Part shown: positions 51,778 to 60,772 of the stretch, in pieces | Numbering within the stretch: the stretch's first letter is position 1 | Layout of the letters: each line of letters opens with the position of its first letter | Source: Planctomycetota bacterium | GTDB lineage: Bacteria > Planctomycetota > UBA1135 > UBA2386 | Direction of reading: 5' to 3' | Assembly (NCBI GenBank): GCA_029936315.1 | Contig: JAPYTD010000012.1 | Span: 15,455-79,454, forward strand | Length of the DNA stretch: 64,000 nt | Made by a program: the position numbers and the translations under genes | Notes under the pieces: model-generated | Database searches by the model: none | What the model was told of the DNA's origin: nothing | What the model saw: the letters and a program-made list of their open reading frames with translations, nothing else

Positions 51778-54060
51778 CTACTTGGAAGCGATGGCCGCGA
51801 GGACCTTCTCGGGTGTGATGGGCAAATGGCGCACGGGTGCGCCGATTGCATGGAACACGGCATTGCCGATTGCCGCGGCGGTCGCCGTCGACGGCGGTTC
51901 GCCCAAGCCAGCGGCGCCGGTGTTGTTGTGCCCGTTGGCAACCGAATGCATGTGGCATTCGAGTTCCGGCAGGTCCTTGATTCCGGAGATCTTGTAGCGC
52001 AGGAAGTCGCCGTTGAGCATGCGGCCACTGCGCTGGTCCATGATGCGCTGCTCGTGCACCGCGTAGCTAACGCCCTGAATCATCGCACCGAGCACCTGGC
52101 TTTCGGCCAGCTTCTTGGCGATGACGAGGCCGCAGTCCTGGATGCCGAACATGCGAGTGACCTTGACCTCACCGGTCCAGGTGTCGACGCGAACTTCGGC
52201 AAACTGCGCGCCGCAGACGCCGCGATGGAACGGTTTGTCGGGGTAGTTGGGGTAGCGCTCACCGTGCACTTCGAGCGGATTGGGACCAACCAGCTTGCAG
52301 GCATCGGTCCATGACAAAGACGCCTTGGCGGTGCCGACCTTGTCGTTGCCACAGGTGACGTCCTTGACCGGGACCCCGAGGTGCGCGGCAACCAGGTCGA
52401 TCAACTTGCCCTTGGCCAGGAAGGCCGCGTGGCGAACGGCCGGGGCGATCGATGCCGTCGTCGTGCTGCCACCGGAGGCGGGCCCGATTGGGTCGGCGGT
52501 GTGGCCGCACATGGCGCGAACGCGGCTGGCGGGAACGCCGAGTTCTTCGGCGGTCAACATCTGGATCACGGTCTTCAGCCCCGTGCCGATATCTTGCGCA
52601 CCACTGCGCGTTTCGACCGTGCCGTCGGGGTGGATGCGGCAGGTCATGCCGTAGCGCTGGCGGCGGCCACCGTGGCGACCAAGTTGCCCCCAGCGAGCAC
52701 TGGCGCAGCCGACCCCGGTGACGTAGCGCGCGCCCCTTTCGTTCTTATGGTTGCGGGCCTTATCCCAGCCAAACTTGTCGGCGGCGAACTGCCATTGGTC
52801 GAGGCGCATCGCTTCGGCGTCGTTGCGCAGGCGGAACGCAAGCGGGTCCATGCCGGCCTTGGCGGCAAGTTCATCGAGGAACATCTCGGCGCCGAACCAT
52901 CCCTGTGGGTAGCCGGGAGCGCGCATCGAACGCGCCGGGTCCGCGTCGGTCGCGATGTCCTTGTGCTTGCGTCGGGTCGCGGCGTCGCTCATGTAGTAGT
53001 TCGGATAGCGCACCGAACCGCCGCGACCGTTGTAGCCACAGCCACCAAAACTGCGCCAATCCCACGCTGTGATCTTGCCGTCCTTGTCGACGGCGCCGCG
53101 CACCTGCATCAGCGAAGACGGGCGGTTGCCGGCGGTTGTGTGCTCTTCGAAGCGGTCGAGCATCAACTTGACGGGCAGCTTCGATTCGTGGGCGAGTAGC
53201 GCGCAGGCCAGGCCTTCGATGCCAGCTGAGAACTTCGAACCGAAGCCGCCACCGACAAACTCGGCGTGCACGTCTACCGATTCGACCTTGATGTTGCGCG
53301 CGCCTAGCGCGCGGGCGAGTTCGCCGCGCACCCCAAAGGTCGCTTGCGTTGAAGCCCAGATTTCGAGGTTGTTGCCATCCCACTTGCAGACGTTGCCGTG
53401 CGGCTCAAGCGAGCTGTGGGTTTGCACTTCGGTTCGGTAGGTGCCGGTGTGGGTGTGCGCGGCAGCGGCCAGCGCTGCATCGACCTTCTTGTCCTCATCC
53501 CACTCTTCGTCGACGTTGCCCTTGCTGTCGAGCAGCGGTGCCTGCTCGTCCATCAGGAAGTCAACGTTGTGCACATCGGCATCGTATTCGGCGCGGATCT
53601 TCTCGATCGCGTCGCGCACGAGGTCGAGCGTCTTGCCCGATACGGCGGCAACCGCATCGCCGACGAAGCGGATCTTGTTGCCGACTTCCTTCAGCGCGAC
53701 AACCGCCGTGATGCCGGGCATCGCCTTGGCTTCGTCGAGGTTGAGTCCCTTGAGCACACCGCGTGCAATCGATCCGCGCAGGATCATCGCCTGCTGCATG
53801 TCCGGGAAGTTCATGTCATAGGCGTACTTTGCCCGTCCCGTTGCCTTCGGCATGCCGTCGATGCGATCGACGTCGGTGCCGACGGTCTTGTACTTGGTCA
53901 AGGCATCCCAAGGTGGCGCATCGCCTTCTTCGGGGTTGACCTCGATCTTTTGCAGTCGGTCCTTCTGACTCGGGCTCAGTGCCTTGTAGCCGACGGTGAT
54001 CTCGGTGGCGCGCGGGAGGCCAGCACTCTTTGCGTCATTCGTTGAGGGATCGGGGTGCAT
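51778..54060 (-). CDS. Xanthine dehydrogenase-family molybdopterin-binding large subunit (PaoC-like aldehyde oxidoreductase)
   Basis: DRIDGMPKATGRAKYAYD (a/b hammerhead), GGGFGSK, APGYPQG, and the C-terminal GLGEPPSTATAAAIGNAV are present. The start overlaps the upstream stop (ATGA). Confidence 0.9.
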   Translation of the reverse strand: MHPDPSTNDAKSAGLPRATEITVGYKALSPSQKDRLQKIEVNPEEGDAPPWDALTKYKTVGTDVDRIDGMPKATGRAKYAYDMNFPDMQQAMILRGSIARGVLKGLNLDEAKAMPGITAVVALKEVGNKIRFVGDAVAAVSGKTLDLVRDAIEKIRAEYDADVHNVDFLMDEQAPLLDSKGNVDEEWDEDKKVDAALAAAAHTHTGTYRTEVQTHSSLEPHGNVCKWDGNNLEIWASTQATFGVRGELARALGARNIKVESVDVHAEFVGGGFGSKFSAGIEGLACALLAHESKLPVKLMLDRFEEHTTAGNRPSSLMQVRGAVDKDGKITAWDWRSFGGCGYNGRGGSVRYPNYYMSDAATRRKHKDIATDADPARSMRAPGYPQGWFGAEMFLDELAAKAGMDPLAFRLRNDAEAMRLDQWQFAADKFGWDKARNHKNERGARYVTGVGCASARWGQLGRHGGRRQRYGMTCRIHPDGTVETRSGAQDIGTGLKTVIQMLTAEELGVPASRVRAMCGHTADPIGPASGGSTTTASIAPAVRHAAFLAKGKLIDLVAAHLGVPVKDVTCGNDKVGTAKASLSWTDACKLVGPNPLEVHGERYPNYPDKPFHRGVCGAQFAEVRVDTWTGEVKVTRMFGIQDCGLVIAKKLAESQVLGAMIQGVSYAVHEQRIMDQRSGRMLNGDFLRYKISGIKDLPELECHMHSVANGHNNTGAAGLGEPPSTATAAAIGNAVFHAIGAPVRHLPITPEKVLAAIASK

Positions 54061-54668
54061 CACTTGTTCCCTCCGTTCGCGGTGCGGCCGATCGCTTCCA
54101 TGACCCGGCCGTAGGTGCCGCAGCGGCATAGGTTGCCGGACAGGTCTTGGCGCATTTCGTCAGGCGATGGCTTGCCGCGCTTCTCGAGGCACGCGATCGA
54201 ACTCATCACCATGCCCGGTGTGCAGAAGCCGCACTGCAGTGCGTCGCACTTGACGAAGTTCTCCAGCAAGGGGTGGGCGTCGTCTCCGTTGCTGAGGCCT
54301 TCGACCGTGCGCAGTTCGGTGCCGACCGCGTCCATGGCCAGCATCAGGCAACTGTTGGTCGGCGAACCGTCGACGAGCACCGTGCAGCCACCGCAGGCGC
54401 CGCGGTCGCAAATCTTCTTGGCGCCGGTCAGGTCCATGCGGTCTCGCAAGGCATCGAGCAGCGTCGTGCGCGTCTCGACCTTGACCAACTTGTTCTTGCC
54501 GTTGACCAGGAGCGTGATCTCGTGCTCACCCGGGCCGAACGATTCTGGCACCGGCGGACCGGCAGCAGCCTTGGTGGCGGCAGTGATGCCTGTCGATGCG
54601 ATGCCGACGACGGCAGATCCCTTGAGGAACGAGCGGCGGGATACGCCGTGATCGGGTGGGTGCGACAT
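54060..54668 (-). CDS. (2Fe-2S)-binding small subunit with a twin-arginine signal (PaoA-like)
   Basis: The TAT motif is VSRRSFLKGSAVVG. The plant-type and second 2Fe-2S motifs are CDRGACGGCTV...NSC and CGFCTPG...CRCGTY. Confidence 0.9.
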   Translation of the reverse strand: MSHPPDHGVSRRSFLKGSAVVGIASTGITAATKAAAGPPVPESFGPGEHEITLLVNGKNKLVKVETRTTLLDALRDRMDLTGAKKICDRGACGGCTVLVDGSPTNSCLMLAMDAVGTELRTVEGLSNGDDAHPLLENFVKCDALQCGFCTPGMVMSSIACLEKRGKPSPDEMRQDLSGNLCRCGTYGRVMEAIGRTANGGNK

Positions 54669-54844
54669 GGGTTGGTTCAACGGAAGTATGCGGACGAAGT
54701 GTAGCAACCCTGTGGCCACAAACCCCGCGTGCATCGGTACCGATGCTGATACATCACCCCCCGGAAGGGCGATGTTGCCCACCGATTGCTCAGCATGCCA
54801 TCAGCCGCCTCGACCGGCACTTGCTTCTGCGGCAGACTGCGCGC

Positions 54845-55789
54845 ATGAGCGTTCGAAATCTGTTGGCCTTTTCCGTGCTGATGTCCTTGGTGCTCGGGTT
54901 GCCGAGTTGTGCGGGCTCACCCGTGACCATGGCCCGGCACGGCGATTCGATTCAGGTCTTCAGTCGCGGTGAACCGTTCGCGACCGTGCATATCGCGGCC
55001 GAGCCGCGGCCATACGTGTGGCCGCTGTATGCGCCAGGCCAGGTGCCGGTGACCCGCAACCATCCGATGGCGGAACGAGACGGCGAGCAGTCGGACCATC
55101 CACACCACCAATCGTTGTGGTTGGCGCACGGCAACGTCAACGGCTTTGACTTCTGGCACGGCAAGGGCCATCGCGAACGCATGGTGCTCGACACGACCCT
55201 TGCGAAGTTCGGTCACGAGCCATACGGGTTGGTGCAATGCGAATACAACTGGTTGGTCGATGACAACACGGTGGTGTTGCGCGAGTCGCGGCAGTTGCGA
55301 TTCCACGATGACGGTGACGCGCGCATGATCGATGTGTTCGTGGAGCTCCGCGCCACGACTGATGACGTGCGCTTTGGCGACACCAAGGAAGGCACGTTTG
55401 CGATGCGTCTGCACCCCGCGTTGCGCGTCGATGGCAAGGTGGCTTCGGGAGACCTACGCAACAGTGAAGGCGACCATGGCAAGGCTGTTTGGGGCAAGCG
55501 CGCTCGCTGGATCGCCGACCACGGGGTTGTCGATGGCAACTCGGTTGGTATTGCGATGTTTGACCACCCCAAGAATCTGCGCCACCCGACTTGGTGGCAC
55601 GCGCGCAACTACGGTTTGTTAGCCGCGAATCCGTTCGGTATGCACGACTTCGAAAAGAAGCCAAAGGGCGCCGGCGACTTCGTGCTCAAGAAGGGCGAGT
55701 CGCTGTCGCTGCGGTACCGCATCGTTTTGTACGGCGAGGGTTGGGACGATGCGCGAATGGAGTCCGCGTATGCGGACTGGGCTAATTAG
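54845..55789 (+). CDS. PmoA-like / DUF6807 family lipoprotein
   Basis: Has the lipobox LGLPSCAG. RPYVWPLYAPGQVPVTRNHP...DHPHHQSLWLAHGNVNGFDFWH matches the conserved core of the family once annotated as methane oxygenase PmoA-like. Confidence 0.7.
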   Translation: MSVRNLLAFSVLMSLVLGLPSCAGSPVTMARHGDSIQVFSRGEPFATVHIAAEPRPYVWPLYAPGQVPVTRNHPMAERDGEQSDHPHHQSLWLAHGNVNGFDFWHGKGHRERMVLDTTLAKFGHEPYGLVQCEYNWLVDDNTVVLRESRQLRFHDDGDARMIDVFVELRATTDDVRFGDTKEGTFAMRLHPALRVDGKVASGDLRNSEGDHGKAVWGKRARWIADHGVVDGNSVGIAMFDHPKNLRHPTWWHARNYGLLAANPFGMHDFEKKPKGAGDFVLKKGESLSLRYRIVLYGEGWDDARMESAYADWAN

Positions 55790-55927
55790 CTAGCGCAGGT
55801 TGCGCCGAACGAGGGATCACATGGCGACTTCGATTGCATCCATCTACGCCTTCGCCACCCTGCTCGCGGCAACCGGCGCACTGATTGCGCAGTCACAACC
55901 AGACGATTGCCGCTTTGAGGGCGCGCA

Positions 55928-57403
55928 CTAAACGTCGCTCGGAACCTCGAAGCCTTGACGATAGTTGCGCGCCAGCAACGCGTTGCTGGCGTCATCGGCG
56001 AAGCGTTCTGTTTTGGGATCCATCGTCAAGCGCGGGCCCATGCGAACGCCGCCGGCAACCGTATCGACGTCGACACCATTGGCGACCAGGTGCTTGTGCA
56101 TGCGCTGCCACGCTTCGGCCGTGTGCGGGTTCTTGCCGGCCATCGCGTCAAGTTCGCTCTTTTGGTGGGTCTCACCAAGCTGATGGGAGACGTTGCCCAT
56201 GTGGCACATCGCGCTCGACAGGTGGCCTTCCAAAATGTCCGAATGCAGGTCTTCGAAGCGCCGGCTGCGCATGGCCGCGAGGAAGTTCTCGTAGTGGTTG
56301 GTGCTGCCTTCGAAGCGCGTGATTTCCTTGCCGTCTTTACCGACGACAATGGCGCGGTGGTAGTCCGGGATGCGCAGGTAGCCGTCCTTACAGTGCACGA
56401 TCACACCAATGCGTGCGCCCTGGAAGTTGTCCATGTTCTTGCCCCAGCCCTTGGCCTGCGCGTCCTTGTCGCGCGGCAGGCCGCGCACTTCGAATAGGAG
56501 CGGCGGGCCTTCTTGGAACTCGTGGAAGACGATCTGGGTGTTGGGTGTGTTGCCGTCGTCGTCGTAGCCGACCCGGCCACCGATGCTCAAAGTGTGCTGC
56601 GGCAGTTCGTTTTGGCCGAGCGCCCAGCGTGCAATGTCCATTTGGTGGATGCCCTGGTTGCCGACGTCGCCGTTGCCCGTGTCGAAGACCCAGTGCCAAT
56701 CATAGTGCAGCTGTCGACGCATCAGCTTGGTTTGCGGTGCCGGGCCAAGCCACATGTTGTAGTCGATCTTGTCGGAGACCTTCTGTGGGCCCTTGACCTT
56801 GCCGATGCTCTGGCGTGGCTTGTAGCACAGCCCACGCGCCAGTTCGATTTCGCCGAGCTTGCCCGCCTGAATGTATTCGATGCCTTGTTTGATGCCGTGG
56901 CTAGAACGTGACTGCGTGCCGGTCTGCACGATGCGCTTGTACTTGCGTGCCGCTTTGACGATCTGGCCGCCTTCCCAGACGTTGTGTGAGACCGGCTTCT
57001 CGAGGTAGACGTCCTTGCCCGCTTGACACGCCCATACCGCTTGTAGCGCATGCCAGTGGTTGGGGGTCGCGACGCTAATCGCATCGATGTCGTTACGATC
57101 GAGTACGCGGCGCAGGTCGGTGTAGGTATCGACGTCGGTCTTCTCGCCGTATTTGCCGTCCGCGAAGGCCTTCTTGAAGCGGTCGAGCACGCCCTGATCG
57201 ACATCAACGATTGCGACGACCCGAACCCCCTTGATGCGACTGAAGCCCTGCACATGATTGCCGCCGCGACTGCGAACGCCGACACATGCGATGCGCACTT
57301 CGTTGTTCGGTTGCCACAGCGGGACCTTCAGTGGCACGAGACCGAGGGAAAGGGCGGTAGTGCCCGTGCCTTGCAAGAAATGGCGACGCGTCAGGATTGG
57401 CAT
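55928..57403 (-). CDS. TAT-exported Gfo/Idh/MocA-family oxidoreductase
   Basis: The TAT motif is MPILTRRHFLQGTG. The Rossmann fold is VRIACVGVRSRGGNH. EKP is at YLEKPVSHN. The C-terminal alpha/beta domain is long for the family. Confidence 0.9.
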   Translation of the reverse strand: MPILTRRHFLQGTGTTALSLGLVPLKVPLWQPNNEVRIACVGVRSRGGNHVQGFSRIKGVRVVAIVDVDQGVLDRFKKAFADGKYGEKTDVDTYTDLRRVLDRNDIDAISVATPNHWHALQAVWACQAGKDVYLEKPVSHNVWEGGQIVKAARKYKRIVQTGTQSRSSHGIKQGIEYIQAGKLGEIELARGLCYKPRQSIGKVKGPQKVSDKIDYNMWLGPAPQTKLMRRQLHYDWHWVFDTGNGDVGNQGIHQMDIARWALGQNELPQHTLSIGGRVGYDDDGNTPNTQIVFHEFQEGPPLLFEVRGLPRDKDAQAKGWGKNMDNFQGARIGVIVHCKDGYLRIPDYHRAIVVGKDGKEITRFEGSTNHYENFLAAMRSRRFEDLHSDILEGHLSSAMCHMGNVSHQLGETHQKSELDAMAGKNPHTAEAWQRMHKHLVANGVDVDTVAGGVRMGPRLTMDPKTERFADDASNALLARNYRQGFEVPSDV

Positions 57404-57464
57404 GGTTGCTCCGGGTCGGGGGGGTTCGGTTAGGGTATCGCGAACTCGACCGCTGCCAACCGTT

Positions 57465-58379
57465 ATGCGATTCGCTTGCACTGCTTCTCTCCTCGTTCTG
57501 TTCGCTGCCTGCACAGGTACACCGCCGCGTTCGTCGCGCATCGTGCATGCCTCGCTGTTGGCTGCCAACGCGACCAATACTGGTGCGTTCGACGCCCTGC
57601 GCGCGGCGTTTGCCGACAATAACCCTGGCTATGACCTGCAGTGGTTCCCTTCGGTGCGTGGGCTTGCCCCGGCCGAAGCCGATCGCGTCGTGTTCGTGCA
57701 GGGTCCCGAGGGTCGCACCGCGGAACCTTCGGTTGGCGATTTGATCATGTTGCGCGCCGGGGAGCGCTGGGACCTGCAAGGAGACGGTGCGCTCAATTTG
57801 TTGGCGTTCTCGGTGCCACTGCCGCTGCCCGAAGCCCTGCCGAACATCATTCGTCCGGACTGGGATCCGCGCATCACCGATACGCCGGGTGGCTGCGCGA
57901 CCGAAGGCGACGCCTATCGCCGGATCTTGTTGACCTGGAAGCCCGAGGTTGGGCCCTACATCTTGCATACGCTCAACGCGCATCGAGTGCGCATCAAGAA
58001 CTCGTTCTCGCACTATCACCCGATCGACTCGGGCTTCGACGAGTTCTACCTCGTGCAGCAGGCGCCGCAAGGTGCGCGGCTGTTGACTTCGAGCAACGTT
58101 GCGGCGATCGAGGCGCGCAACGTCGACGCGGCCGGTGCCAAGACCCTGCTGAAGTCACGTGACCTGCACGTTGGCGATCTGGTCTACCTGCCGCGCGGCA
58201 CGATGCATCGTGGCCTTGGTGGCGCATTGGTGCAGGTGATCTCGGTGCCTGGCTTCGTGCCGAAGTCCGAGGTCGGTGTCGACCACCACCTGTGGGCGAT
58301 CAACAAGGCGTTGGGTTTGCGCGGCAACGACGCGATTCCGTTCCACATGGTGGCGGCGCGTAGCAAGGTCGTGAAGTAG
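57465..58379 (+). CDS. Cupin-domain lipoprotein
   Basis: Has the lipobox LVLFAACTG. Cupin motifs are SFSHYHPIDSGFDEFYLV and GDLVYLPRGTMH. Confidence 0.55.
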   Translation: MRFACTASLLVLFAACTGTPPRSSRIVHASLLAANATNTGAFDALRAAFADNNPGYDLQWFPSVRGLAPAEADRVVFVQGPEGRTAEPSVGDLIMLRAGERWDLQGDGALNLLAFSVPLPLPEALPNIIRPDWDPRITDTPGGCATEGDAYRRILLTWKPEVGPYILHTLNAHRVRIKNSFSHYHPIDSGFDEFYLVQQAPQGARLLTSSNVAAIEARNVDAAGAKTLLKSRDLHVGDLVYLPRGTMHRGLGGALVQVISVPGFVPKSEVGVDHHLWAINKALGLRGNDAIPFHMVAARSKVVK

Positions 58380-58610
58380 CTAGCGAATCTTGGCCGCCGC
58401 AGCGACTCGGTCGGCCATGCGTTCGGCGCGAGCCCCAACGGTGGCTTCGCCGCGTTGTAGACCCTTCGAGTTGGCGAGCGCGAACGCGAGGTCGCCTTTG
58501 CCATACAGGCGTTTGCGAAACGCGGCGTCTTCCTTGGAGCCCCAGCCCTTGCGAACTTGGGCAACGGCGGTCGCGACGCCTTGCGCCAGTCCTTTGGGGT
58601 TCTTGGGCAT
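58380..58610 (-). CDS. Small (76 aa) Lys/Ala/Gly-rich hypothetical protein
   Basis: The ATG ORF has coding-like third-position GC. Its stop abuts the cupin gene stop (TAGCTAG). No SD and no recognisable motif. Confidence 0.3.
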   Translation of the reverse strand: MPKNPKGLAQGVATAVAQVRKGWGSKEDAAFRKRLYGKGDLAFALANSKGLQRGEATVGARAERMADRVAAAAKIR

Positions 58611-58894
58611 GGCGCCGACCGCGACGAGCTTGCCGCCCGGTCACCGCGTAGTACGGCCCGCTGATCTCGAATCGGCAGCTCGATCGTTCGCTGAATCCGG
58701 AGATGCGGTGACCCGCAAGGTGACGCGAGGCTTGCAAGTGGCGGTCAAGAGATGGCTTGACGCGGCATTGCCAGCGGGCCGCGGGCGACCGGCACTCTCT
58801 GGTCAGGCGGGACTGACGCGTCAGCCTCTTGCGGATTGAGATACCGAAAGTGTCGCAGCACCGTGGGGGAGCGCACTTCCGTTAAGGTCCGGGC

Positions 58895-60754
58895 ATGCAA
58901 TTCTACCTTCCCCGTGCCCTGTTCGGGTTCGGCGTCGTCGCATGCGCTTCTCTCTCGGCGCAGTTCAACGTTACGCACGTGACCCCGACCCCGGAGACGA
59001 CCGTCGCTTCGGCACTTGGCGATATCACGTGGAGACTCAGTGCCGCGATCAACCCGGCGACTGTCAACACGACATCGGTCAAGGTGTGGGGGCGTTGGAG
59101 CGGCGTCATGAATGGCACCCTGTCGCTTGAGAGTGGCAACACCATGATTCGCTTTGTGGGGTCGGAGCCGTTCTCGGCTGGCGAGATGGTTTCGTGCACG
59201 TTGACTTCGGCGCTGATGAGTGCTGGCGGCGTGGCGTTGCCCGATTCCCACGTGACCCAATTCTGGACGGCCGCGGCTCCCGCGGTGCAGACGCTGACGC
59301 TTCAGTCGACGCTCAACATTCGCGTGCCCGGGGAAGGACTGATCCGGTCCTACGGTGCTTACGCCGGCGACCTCAACAACGATGGCTACTGCGATCTGTT
59401 GATCCCCAATGAAGACTCCAGTGACGTTCGTCGGTTCATGAACGATGGCGCTGGTGGCTTCTCGACGTTCACGATCCACTCGCTGCCGTCTGGTTTGAAG
59501 CCGAGTGCGAATGAAGGCGCGGACTTCAATGACGACGGTTGGACCGACTTTGTGGTCTGCAACATCTCCGGCAATTCGGTTGCCGTGTTCATGAACGATG
59601 GCACCGGCGACCTCTTGCCTCCGACGGTCCTCCCGGTTGGCACTGGTCCACGTGGGCTGACCGTGCTCGATGTCGACAGCGATGGCGACACCGATATCAT
59701 GACGGCCAATCGCACCAGCGGTACGCTGTCGATGATTCGCAACAATGGCAACGGCACGTTCGCGCCGGCAGTGCACTTCCAAGGTGGTGTGTCCAACGAG
59801 ACTTCGATTGTTGCAGCGGACGCGAACGGCGACGGGATCATGGACATCTTTGTTGGCGGCTACGGCAGCCAGAACGTCGCGTTGATGCTTGGCGATGGTG
59901 CTGGCGGGTTCACGGTATCGGCGACGGTTGCCGCGGGTGGCCGTCCTTGGATGATGGCAACGGGCGATGTCGACCTGGACGGCGATATCGACGTGGTTGC
60001 TTGTTGCTCGAACACCAGTCGCGTGTCCGTGATGCGAAACAACGGTGCCGGCGGGTTTCTGTCGGCCGTGACCTACTCATGTGGCCCGTTCTCGTTGGCC
60101 ATTGACCTTGGCGACATTGATGGTGACGGCGACCTCGACCTCATGTCGTCGAGCTACTCCAGCGGCACCTTCTCCGTCTTCCGCAACAACGGCAACGGCA
60201 CCTACGGGCCGCAGACGGTTCTGTCGGCGCTCGGTGCCGGTTCGTGCGTCATCTTCGCCGACACCGACGGCGATGAGGACATGGAAGTGATCGGCATCGA
60301 TGAGCTTGCCGACATGCTGTTCTTCTTCGACAGCCCGCCGCTGCCACACCAAGAGGCTTCCTTGGGTGGTTCGCTCGAGATCAACGGCACCGGTGGTTCG
60401 CCGGGATTCGGCGGCGCGGCGATGCTGCCGGTTGCGCTCGGTTCGACGATGACCGTCGAGATGCGCGGCCACCCCGGCCAGTCGTGGTTGCTACCGATGG
60501 GCTTTGCGATGGATCCTGGCGCGCCGGGCCCGGCTGGCGTTCTGGGACTGCAGCCCAACATCTTGTTCCTGGTCAACGGCTTGATCGATCCGCTCTTCAC
60601 GCTGGATGCGACCGGCACGGACACCTTTACGGTGCCGGTTCCGCCGTGGCTGCCGCCGGGCTTGCCGATCACGCTGCAAGGCCTTGCCGTCAATCCGGCC
60701 AACCTCGCGATTGGCTTCACGTTCGCCAACCCGATGACGATCGTGCTGAACTGA
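58895..60754 (+). CDS. FG-GAP/VCBS repeat protein with an N-terminal Ig-like domain
   Basis: Has a signal peptide and an SbsA-type Ig segment (FNVTHVTPTPETTV...INPATVNTTSVKVWG). At least 6 FG-GAP repeats are present (DLNNDGYCDLLI, DFNDDGWTDFVV, LDVDSDGDTDIMT, ADANGDGIMDIFV, GDVDLDGDIDVVA, GDIDGDGDLDLMS, ADTDGDEDMEVI). Confidence 0.85.
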   Translation: MQFYLPRALFGFGVVACASLSAQFNVTHVTPTPETTVASALGDITWRLSAAINPATVNTTSVKVWGRWSGVMNGTLSLESGNTMIRFVGSEPFSAGEMVSCTLTSALMSAGGVALPDSHVTQFWTAAAPAVQTLTLQSTLNIRVPGEGLIRSYGAYAGDLNNDGYCDLLIPNEDSSDVRRFMNDGAGGFSTFTIHSLPSGLKPSANEGADFNDDGWTDFVVCNISGNSVAVFMNDGTGDLLPPTVLPVGTGPRGLTVLDVDSDGDTDIMTANRTSGTLSMIRNNGNGTFAPAVHFQGGVSNETSIVAADANGDGIMDIFVGGYGSQNVALMLGDGAGGFTVSATVAAGGRPWMMATGDVDLDGDIDVVACCSNTSRVSVMRNNGAGGFLSAVTYSCGPFSLAIDLGDIDGDGDLDLMSSSYSSGTFSVFRNNGNGTYGPQTVLSALGAGSCVIFADTDGDEDMEVIGIDELADMLFFFDSPPLPHQEASLGGSLEINGTGGSPGFGGAAMLPVALGSTMTVEMRGHPGQSWLLPMGFAMDPGAPGPAGVLGLQPNILFLVNGLIDPLFTLDATGTDTFTVPVPPWLPPGLPITLQGLAVNPANLAIGFTFANPMTIVLN

Positions 60755-60772
60755 TCTCGAGAGCTGGCCCCA

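Noticed and set aside
58390-58839. 149-aa plus-strand ORF and overlapping minus ORFs (58184..58564, 58300..58737) between the cupin and FG-GAP genes
   Set aside because: They are Ala/Arg/Pro-rich with no motif and are mutually overlapping. Only the 76-aa ATG ORF (58380..58610) has reasonable codon bias, and it is reported at low confidence.
58745-59782. 345-aa minus-strand ORF
   Set aside because: It is antisense to the FG-GAP repeat gene, which has unmistakable repeats. It is Arg-rich shadow sequence.
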